A DNA stretch of 54,756 bases. It comes from Pseudolabrys sp. Its GTDB lineage: Bacteria; Pseudomonadota; Alphaproteobacteria; Rhizobiales; Xanthobacteraceae. The position numbers and the translations under genes were made by a program. The stretch covers positions 1 through 54,756 of the forward strand of contig JAYTFS010000296.1 in assembly GCA_043734185.1 (NCBI GenBank), written 5' to 3'. Position 1 is the stretch's first letter. The number at the start of each line of letters is the position of its first letter. Positions 48,099 through 54,756 of the stretch are shown here, piece after piece. The notes under the pieces were generated by a model. It saw only the letters and a list, made by a program, of their open reading frames with translations. It did not search any database and had not been told where the DNA came from.

Positions 48099-51000
48099 TC
48101 ACGCCTTGCCATATCCCCCGGCCGTCGGGCTTTGGATAATGACCGCTTCGCCGGCGTCGATCGTGGTGTCGTCGCAGCCCTTGAGCTGTTCCATCCGGCC
48201 GTCCTTGCGGCGTGCCCAGTTCTCGCCGATTTGACCGGCTTCGCCGCCGGCGAGGCCAAACGGCTGCACGCGGCGGTGGCCGGATAAAATCGTGCATTCC
48301 ATTTTTTCCAAGAAGCGGATGGTGCGGCGGATGCCGCCGCCGGCGTGCCATTTACCTTTGCCGCCGGAGCCGGCGCGAATGTGGAAATCCTCCAGCACCA
48401 CCGGATAGCGGAATTCCAGCACTTCCGGATCGGTCAGCCGCGTATTGGTCATGTGGGTGTGCACGGCGTCGGTGCCGTTAAAACCCGGTCCTGCTGGCGA
48501 CCCGGAGCAGATCGTCTCGTAGTATTGATATTTCTTGTTGCCGAAATTGAGATTGTTCATCGTGCCTTGCGCGGCGGCGAGCGCGCCCAGCGCGCCGAAC
48601 AGGCAATTCGTCACCGCCTGCGAGGTCTCGACATTGCCCGCCACCACGGCGGCGGGATATTCGGGCGTGAGCATCGACTTCGGCGGCACCACGATGTTGA
48701 TCGGCCTAAGACACCCGGCGTTCATCGGAATGTCGTCGTCCACCATCACGCGGAACACGTAAAGCACCGCGGCGCGCGCCACAGGCTCGGGCGCGTTGAA
48801 GTTGGTCGCCTGCTGCGGCGAAGTGCCGGTGAAGTCGACGGTGGCTTCGCGCTTGCTCTTGTCGACCGTGATCTTGACCTTGATCACGGTGCCCTGGTCC
48901 ATCTCGTATGAAAATTCCGAGTCGTGCAGCCGGTCGATCACGCGCCGCACGCTTTCAGCGGCGTTGTCCTGCACGTGCTTCATGTAGGCTGTCACGACCG
49001 GCATCGTGAACAGCGCCACCATCTTGCGCAGTTCGGCGACACCCTTTTCGTTGGCGGCGATCTGCGCCTTCAGGTCGTTGATGTTCTGGATCGGGTTGCG
49101 CGCTGGATATTTGGCGCCGGTCAGCGCCGCCATCAGTTCCTTTTCGCGGAAGCGTCCGCGGTCGACGAGCTTGAAGTTGTCCATGTAGACGCCTTCCTGC
49201 TCGATGGTGGTTGCGTTCGGCGACATGGAGCCGGGCGAAATGCCGCCGACATCGGCGTGGTGGCCGCGTGAGGCGACCCAAAACAAGATCTTCCTTTTCT
49301 TGTCGTCGAATACCGGCGTGCAGACGGTGATGTCGGGCAGATGCGTGCCGCCGTTATAGGGCGCGTTGATGGCGTAGACATTGCCGGGCTTCACCGTGCC
49401 CTTGTTGTCGCGGATGATGGTCTCGACCGAGCGGTCCATCGAGCCGAGATGCACCGGCATATGCGGCGCATTGGCCACCAGCGTGCCGTCATGCGCGAAC
49501 ACCGCGCAGGAGAAATCGAGCCGTTCTTTGATGTTGACGGAATAGGCGGTGTTCTGCAGCGACACACCCATCTGCTCGGCGATCGACATGAAGAGATTAT
49601 TGAACACTTCCAGCATCACCGGGTCGGCATGGGTGCCGATGGCGTGCCTGCGCTTGAGTTTGACCGCGCGCGTTAGCACCAGATGATTTTTCGTCGTCAG
49701 CTCCGCCTGCCAGCCGGGTTCGACCACGATAGTCTGGTGCGGCTCGATGATGATGGCCGCGCCTTTGACCGTTGCACCGATCTTGAGTTGGTCGCGGGTG
49801 TAGACGTTGGCCTTGTGCCAGGCGCCATTGGCGAAAAATTGCGTGCGCCGCGCTGGAGCGGGCAATTTGCCGCGTGCCGTTTTGGCGGATTTCTCGCTGA
49901 ACTTGGCGCCGCCGCCGACGGCTTCCACCGATACCGCTTCGACCACCATCTGCTTGCTGCGGTCGATGAAGCCGAAACGCGCCTTGTGCGCTTTCTCGAA
50001 GGCGCGTTGCATCGCGGGCAGGGTGCCGGCATCAACCGTCAGCGCGGTATCGGTGCCGGCATAACGAATGTGTGCCCGCACGAAGACCTTGATCTTGGTC
50101 GCGGGCACGCCCTGGCCGGCGACTTCGTCCTTCACCGCCTTGCCGATGCGCTTGGCCGTCTTGGTCAGGGCCGCCAGCGCCTTCGGGCCGTAAGGCAATT
50201 CAATCGCCTGTTCGCGCGTGGCGCGGATATCGGCGAGCCCCATGCCATAGGCCGACAGCAGCGACGAAAACGGATGGATCAGCACGCGCGTCATGCCGAG
50301 GCTATCAGCGACCATGCACGCATGCTGCCCGCCGGCGCCGCCGAAGCAGTTGAGCGCATAGCGCGTTACGTCATAGCCGCGCTGCACGGAGATTTTCTTG
50401 ATCGCGTTCGCCATGTTCTCGACAGCGATCTTGATGAAGCCGTCGGCGATCTCTTCTGGCGTTTTTTCGCCGCCCGCCAGACTGACTTTTTGCGCCAGAT
50501 TGTTGAAAGCATGCCGCACCGCCTGCGCGTCGAGCGCCAGGTTCTGCGAAGGCCCGAAGATTTTCGGGAAGAAATCCGCGATCAATTTTCCAGTCATCAC
50601 ATTGGCGTCGGTCACCGCCAGCGGCCCGCCGCGCCGGTAGCATTTCGGCCCCGGATTGGCGCCGGCACTGTCCGGCCCGACGCGGAAACGCGCGCCGTCG
50701 AAATGCAAAATAGAGCCGCCTCCGGCGGCGACCGTATGAATAAGCATCATCGGCGCGCGCATGCGCACGCCGGCGATCTCGGTCTCGAAGGTGCGCTCAT
50801 ATTCGCCGTCGAAATGGGACACGTCTGTCGACGTGCCGCCCATGTCGAAGCCGATCAGCCGGTCGAATCCGGCTTGCTTGCCGGTTTCGGCCATGCCGAC
50901 CACGCCGCCGGCAGGCCCGGATAGAATCGCGTCCTTGCCCTGAAATAATTCGGCGGCGGTAAGTCCGCCCGACGACATCATGAACATCAGCCGTGCCTGC

Positions 51001-51716
51001 GAATTCTTGGCGTCGAGCGCGCTATCGACCTTGGCCACATAGCGCCGCAGGATCGGCGAGAGGTAGGCATCGACGACGGTCGTATCGCCGCGCCCGACCA
51101 GTTTGATCAACGGCGACACTTCGTGGCTGACCGAGACCTGCGCAAAGCCCATCTCGCGCGCCAACGACGCCACGCGCTGCTCATGGGCGGGAAATCGGTA
51201 GGCGTGCATGAACACAATGGCGACGGCATCGATCCCATCCGTCTTGGCGGCGGCAAGATCGGCGCGTACCGCAGCCAAATTGGGTTCGCGCTCCACCGTG
51301 CCGTCGGCGCGCACGCGCTCGTCAACCTCAGTGACGCGCTCGTAGACCAGATCGGGCTTGATGATGTGGCGCGCGAAGATTTTCGGCCGCGCCTGGTAGC
51401 CGATCTTGAGCGCGTCGCGGAAACCTTTTGTAATAAGGAGAAGCGTGCGGTCGCCCTTGCGCTCGAGCAGCGCATTGGTGGCAACGGTCGTGCCCATTTT
51501 CACCGCGCCGACGCGCCCCGCCGGGATCGGCTCGCCCGATTTCAGACCGAGCAGGTCGCGGATGCCTTGCACCGCGGCGTCGGCATAGGCTTCGGGATTG
51601 TCGGACAAAAGCTTGTGAGCCGTAAGCCGTCGATCGGGCGCGCGCCCCACCACGTCGGTAAAGGTACCGCCGCGGTCGATCCAGAAGTCCCATTGATTGG
51701 CAGCTTTGGCGGGCAT
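48099..51716 (-). CDS. oplA: 5-oxoprolinase (fused hydantoinase A/B, ATP-hydrolysing)
   Basis: [86 protein letters not shown] motifs; real start ATG 51716. Confidence 0.95.
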   Translation of the reverse strand: MPAKAANQWDFWIDRGGTFTDVVGRAPDRRLTAHKLLSDNPEAYADAAVQGIRDLLGLKSGEPIPAGRVGAVKMGTTVATNALLERKGDRTLLLITKGFRDALKIGYQARPKIFARHIIKPDLVYERVTEVDERVRADGTVEREPNLAAVRADLAAAKTDGIDAVAIVFMHAYRFPAHEQRVASLAREMGFAQVSVSHEVSPLIKLVGRGDTTVVDAYLSPILRRYVAKVDSALDAKNSQARLMFMMSSGGLTAAELFQGKDAILSGPAGGVVGMAETGKQAGFDRLIGFDMGGTSTDVSHFDGEYERTFETEIAGVRMRAPMMLIHTVAAGGGSILHFDGARFRVGPDSAGANPGPKCYRRGGPLAVTDANVMTGKLIADFFPKIFGPSQNLALDAQAVRHAFNNLAQKVSLAGGEKTPEEIADGFIKIAVENMANAIKKISVQRGYDVTRYALNCFGGAGGQHACMVADSLGMTRVLIHPFSSLLSAYGMGLADIRATREQAIELPYGPKALAALTKTAKRIGKAVKDEVAGQGVPATKIKVFVRAHIRYAGTDTALTVDAGTLPAMQRAFEKAHKARFGFIDRSKQMVVEAVSVEAVGGGAKFSEKSAKTARGKLPAPARRTQFFANGAWHKANVYTRDQLKIGATVKGAAIIIEPHQTIVVEPGWQAELTTKNHLVLTRAVKLKRRHAIGTHADPVMLEVFNNLFMSIAEQMGVSLQNTAYSVNIKERLDFSCAVFAHDGTLVANAPHMPVHLGSMDRSVETIIRDNKGTVKPGNVYAINAPYNGGTHLPDITVCTPVFDDKKRKILFWVASRGHHADVGGISPGSMSPNATTIEQEGVYMDNFKLVDRGRFREKELMAALTGAKYPARNPIQNINDLKAQIAANEKGVAELRKMVALFTMPVVTAYMKHVQDNAAESVRRVIDRLHDSEFSYEMDQGTVIKVKITVDKSKREATVDFTGTSPQQATNFNAPEPVARAAVLYVFRVMVDDDIPMNAGCLRPINIVVPPKSMLTPEYPAAVVAGNVETSQAVTNCLFGALGALAAAQGTMNNLNFGNKKYQYYETICSGSPAGPGFNGTDAVHTHMTNTRLTDPEVLEFRYPVVLEDFHIRAGSGGKGKWHAGGGIRRTIRFLEKMECTILSGHRRVQPFGLAGGEAGQIGENWARRKDGRMEQLKGCDDTTIDAGEAVIIQSPTAGGYGKA

Positions 51717-51812
51717 CGGGCTTTCGGGGCAAACGCTAAGGCCCGCACGATGCCGTCCTGTCGGGGGCAAGACAAGCCTGCTATGATCGGCTGCCGACGG
51801 AGGGGCTACGTT

Positions 51813-52787
51813 ATGAGACTTCCACGCCGTCAATTTCTGCATCTGACCGGTGCCGCGCTCGCGATGCCATTCGTGCGAACGGCGAGCGCGCAGGCCTATC
51901 CCGCCCGCCCGGTGCGCATGATCCTCGGCTATCCGCCGGCTGGTTCCGCCGACATCACCGCGCGGTTGATCTGCCAATGGCTTTCGGAGCGGCTCGGCCA
52001 GCAATTCATTGTCGAAAACCGGCCTGGCGCGGGTACCAATATCGCCACTGAAGCGGCAGTGCGTTCGACCCCGGATGGCTACACGCTCTTCCTCGTTGCC
52101 CCGGCCAATGCGATCAACGCCACGCTCTATGACAAGCTGAATTACGACTTCGTCCGCGATATCGCGCCGATCGCAGGCCTCATCCGTTTTCCCAACGTCG
52201 TGGTTGTCAACCCGTCGGTCCCGGTGAAAACGATCCCCGAACTGATTGCCTATGCCAAAGCCAATCCCGGCAAGCTCAACATGGCGTCGTCGGGCAACGG
52301 CTCGACGATCCATATGTCCGGCGAACTGTTCAAGATGATGACCGGCGTCAATTTTGTCCATGTGCCGTATCGCGGCAGCGCGCCGGCGCTCACCGACATG
52401 ATTGGCGGCCAGGTGCAGGTGATGTTTGATAACATCCCGTCGTGCGCCGAGCACGTCAAGTCCGGCAAGTTGCGCGGTCTGGCGGTGACCGGCACGGCGC
52501 GCTCGCATGTATTGCCAGAACTGCCGACGGTGGCCGAATTCGTGCCCGGCTACGAGGCGAGCGCATGGTATGGCGTCGGCGCGCCGATGGGCACACTGCT
52601 CGAAATCATCGACAAGCTCAACAAGACGGTGAACGCGATCCTCGCCGATACCACGTCGAAGGCGAAGTATGAAGACCTCGGCGCAACGTTGCTGCCGGGT
52701 TCGGCCGCCGATTTCGGCAAGCTCGTCGCCGATGAGACCAAGAAATGGGGCGAGGTGGTCAAGTTCTGCGGCGCCAAAGCTGATTGA
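51813..52787 (+). CDS. Bug/TctC tripartite tricarboxylate transporter substrate-binding protein 1 (Tat signal)
   Basis: RRQFL Tat motif, [32 protein letters not shown] motifs. Confidence 0.96.
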   Translation: MRLPRRQFLHLTGAALAMPFVRTASAQAYPARPVRMILGYPPAGSADITARLICQWLSERLGQQFIVENRPGAGTNIATEAAVRSTPDGYTLFLVAPANAINATLYDKLNYDFVRDIAPIAGLIRFPNVVVVNPSVPVKTIPELIAYAKANPGKLNMASSGNGSTIHMSGELFKMMTGVNFVHVPYRGSAPALTDMIGGQVQVMFDNIPSCAEHVKSGKLRGLAVTGTARSHVLPELPTVAEFVPGYEASAWYGVGAPMGTLLEIIDKLNKTVNAILADTTSKAKYEDLGATLLPGSAADFGKLVADETKKWGEVVKFCGAKAD

Positions 52788-52829
52788 AAGTCCGACTGAT
52801 CCAAAAATAATATTCAGAGGGGACACGCC

Positions 52830-53807
52830 ATGATGCTTCCGCGCCGACGGTTTCTGCACCTGACCGGTGCCGCGCTCGCAATGCCGTTCGTGCGAACGGC
52901 AAGCGCGCAGGCCTATCCGAACCGTTATGTGCGCTTTATCGTGCCGTTCCCGCCCGGCGGCGCCAGCGATCCGGTGGCGCGCGTGCTGGGCGCTCGCCTG
53001 TCGGAAATCTGGGGCCAGCAAGTCGTAATCGAGAACAAAGGTGGCGCCGGCGGCAATCTCGGCGCCTTGGCGGCCGTGCAGTCGGCGCCCGATGGCTACA
53101 CCATCTTCATCACCACGAATTTCATCGCGACTAATCCGTTCCTCTACGCCTCGCTCGGCTACGACCCGCTGGTCGATCTGGCGCCGGTGACGCGGCTCAC
53201 CAACTTCACCAACGTGCTGCTGGTGCCGAACGCCTCGCCCATAACGTCTGTCAAGGAACTGATCGCCGCCGCCAAAGCCAATCCCGGCAAGCTCGCTTTT
53301 GCGACGGCGGGCCTCGGCACCATCCAGCATCTGTCCGGCGAATTGTTCAAGCGCTCCGCCGGCGTCGACATGAACCACATTCCCTATCGCGGCGGCGGTC
53401 CCGCCGTCACGGACACGATTGCCGGCCGGGTCGACCTGATGTTTGCCACTTTGCCGTCGGTGATGGCGCAGATCGAAGGCGGCACGGTGCGTGCGCTCGC
53501 GGTGACGTCCGCCACGCGCGTGCCGTTTGCGCCGAAAATCCCGACCGTGGCCGAATCCGGCCTGCCGGGGTTTGATGTGTCGGACGGTCAAAATCTGTGG
53601 ATGCCCGGCAAGACGCCGCCGGAATACATCAAGAAGGTCCATGACGACGTCATCGCCGCGCTCGAGACCGAGTCGGTGAAACAGAAATTCGTCGACATCA
53701 ATGTGCTGATCGAAACCTCGGCGCCGGAAGGCGTCACGGCCTATCTCAAGAGGCAGATGGCGCTGTGGAGTCCGATCATCAAGGAAGCCAACATCAAGCT
53801 GGAATAG
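52830..53807 (+). CDS. Bug/TctC substrate-binding protein 2 (Tat signal)
   Basis: [44 protein letters not shown] motifs. Confidence 0.96.
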   Translation: MMLPRRRFLHLTGAALAMPFVRTASAQAYPNRYVRFIVPFPPGGASDPVARVLGARLSEIWGQQVVIENKGGAGGNLGALAAVQSAPDGYTIFITTNFIATNPFLYASLGYDPLVDLAPVTRLTNFTNVLLVPNASPITSVKELIAAAKANPGKLAFATAGLGTIQHLSGELFKRSAGVDMNHIPYRGGGPAVTDTIAGRVDLMFATLPSVMAQIEGGTVRALAVTSATRVPFAPKIPTVAESGLPGFDVSDGQNLWMPGKTPPEYIKKVHDDVIAALETESVKQKFVDINVLIETSAPEGVTAYLKRQMALWSPIIKEANIKLE

Positions 53808-53808
53808 G

Positions 53809-53841
53809 CTTCGCCGCGGGGGTTGGCCACCGCGGCGAAGA
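53809..53841. terminator. GC-rich hairpin between convergent genes
   Basis: CTTCGCCGCGG...CCGCGGCGAAG, 11-bp stem immediately after the Bug2 stop; no long U tract. Confidence 0.55.
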
Positions 53842-53867
53842 AAGTCGGAGCAATAGCTGAAGCGCGG

Positions 53868-54032
53868 CTAGATCTTGCCGAGCAGTATGAGGATCAGCAG
53901 CACAACGACCACAAGGCCGAGGCCGCCGCCGCCGTAATAACCGGTGCCGTAGAACGGGCCGCCGCCGATGCCGGAAAAGCCGCCGAGCAGAGCGATGACC
54001 AGAATAATCAGAATGATGGTGCCGAGTGACAT
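53868..54032 (-). CDS. DUF3309-family small membrane protein
   Basis: MSLGTIILIILVIALLGG...GYYGGGGLGLVVVVLLILILLGKI; GGAGG RBS. Confidence 0.92.
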   Translation of the reverse strand: MSLGTIILIILVIALLGGFSGIGGGPFYGTGYYGGGGLGLVVVVLLILILLGKI

Positions 54033-54072
54033 GGGGTTGTGCCTCCCTGAGTGCCCAATGATTGCGCTGATC

Positions 54073-54097
54073 AACTGCGGGCGAGGCTAAAAGTTCC
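54073..54097 (-). promoter_or_regulatory. Putative EcfG/SigT promoter of the DUF3309 gene
   Basis: Minus strand GGAAC-N16-AGTT about 40 nt upstream of the start. Confidence 0.65.
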
Positions 54098-54430
54098 ATC
54101 CCAGGAACGCGTTTCGCCGCGCCATGCACGGCTTTTCGAGAGCACCCGGCAACCCATCTGAAGCGCCGCTTTTTTCGGCTTTTACGCCCAAAAACGATTC
54201 ATAGAACTTTCTCGCGAATCGACTATGTTGATGGCAATGACGGTTCGTGAGACGGCCGCCTCAATGAGAAGAACGGGGTATCCCAAAAACAGGATACCGA
54301 CGTTCGCCGCGCTCGCTCCGCTGTCTGCCGAAGACCTCCTCATCCCCATCTTGCTGATCTTTTGTATCCCCGCGCGTTTTCGCGGGGCGTTTGCGCATGT
54401 CGCTCCCTCTGCCAGCAAAAGGAGTCTGCC

Positions 54431-54756
54431 TTGGGAAAACACTTCAGCCACAAGCACTTCAACAACAAACACTTCAGCAAAAAGCAACGCCGCCGCAATG
54501 GCCGCGCTTTTGAAACGGCTGAAATCATAGAATTCCAAGGTTCGAAGTTTGAGGCTGAACGCGTTCTTCCCCTGATCAAGGCACTCAATCCGACACAATC
54601 CGACTATCTCGATGCGCTGCGCACCTCGCCGCAGGTGATCGTGCTGGGGCCTGCCGGCACCGGCAAGACCTGGATCGCCGCAACCCACGCCGCTGACCTG
54701 TTCCGCAACCGGCAGATCGACAAGATCATCCTGACGCGGCCGAACGTGCCGTGCGG
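54431..54756 (+). CDS. phoH: PhoH-family ATPase, 5' part (runs off window end)
   Basis: TTG start after AAGGAG; ALNPTQSDY, Walker A GPAGTGKT, IILTRP; absent from the ORF track because it is truncated. Confidence 0.93.
   Translation, partial: MGKHFSHKHFNNKHFSKKQRRRNGRAFETAEIIEFQGSKFEAERVLPLIKALNPTQSDYLDALRTSPQVIVLGPAGTGKTWIAATHAADLFRNRQIDKIILTRPNVPC
54437..54481 (+). repeat. Three in-frame 15-bp tandem repeats at the phoH N-terminus
   Basis: AAACACTTCAGCCAC / AAGCACTTCAACAAC / AAACACTTCAGCAAA encoding KHFSH-KHFNN-KHFSK. Confidence 0.85.

Noticed and set aside
51717-53642. 1847-aa ORF suggesting a 640-aa N-terminal extension on oxoprolinase
   Set aside because: The extension is the antisense shadow of the two Bug genes; oxoprolinase homology starts at [17 protein letters not shown] (51716)
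54225-54530. 101-aa ORF overlapping the phoH start
   Set aside because: No recognisable motif, atypical codons, and out-of-frame overlap with the well-supported phoH start
302-54688. Many long antisense or alternate-frame ORFs (e.g. 8427-9614, 9718-10884, 15140-16507, 16596-18185, 29544-31091, 49683-50924)
   Set aside because: They are Arg/Ala/Gly-rich shadows of well-supported genes with no recognisable motifs, as expected at high GC

Overview
GC-rich chromosomal backbone of an alphaproteobacterium. Gene content and order point to Hyphomicrobiales/Rhizobiales, Xanthobacteraceae/Nitrobacteraceae-like (inference). The window runs from the 5' end of groES (with CIRCE and an RpoH-type promoter) through cheZ, an L,D-transpeptidase, a GT2/GtrA/YdjC triad, hisG-hisZ, a small accessory insert (SnoaL, DUF3617, transglutaminase), hisS, a Crp/Fnr regulator beside a decayed gene, an omega-aminotransferase, a GT2/GT83 pair, tipF-like EAL, HAD, cheY, ribF-ileS-lspA, two M16 peptidases, pgi, arfB, mutL, rsmD, rluB, tadA, purD, xseA, lpxK-waaA-DUF374-DUF4170-IMPase-pmbA, 5-oxoprolinase, two Bug/TctC proteins, DUF3309 and the 5' part of phoH. 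I see no CRISPR array, rRNA, tRNA, transposase or prophage, and no clearly new multi-gene system. The best leads are: (i) a split lgmABCD/flm-naxD-like lipid-linked sugar modification set; (ii) a putative EcfG-driven unit of structured leader/small ORF plus a transglutaminase with a Gln-rich tail; (iii) low-GC mosaic patches inside ileS and hisS; (iv) near-identical Tat signal sequences on two divergent Bug paralogues; (v) two premature stops and several odd substitutions that suggest incipient gene decay; (vi) a dispersed 43-bp palindromic element at convergent gene junctions. All family assignments come from motif recognition, not database searches.
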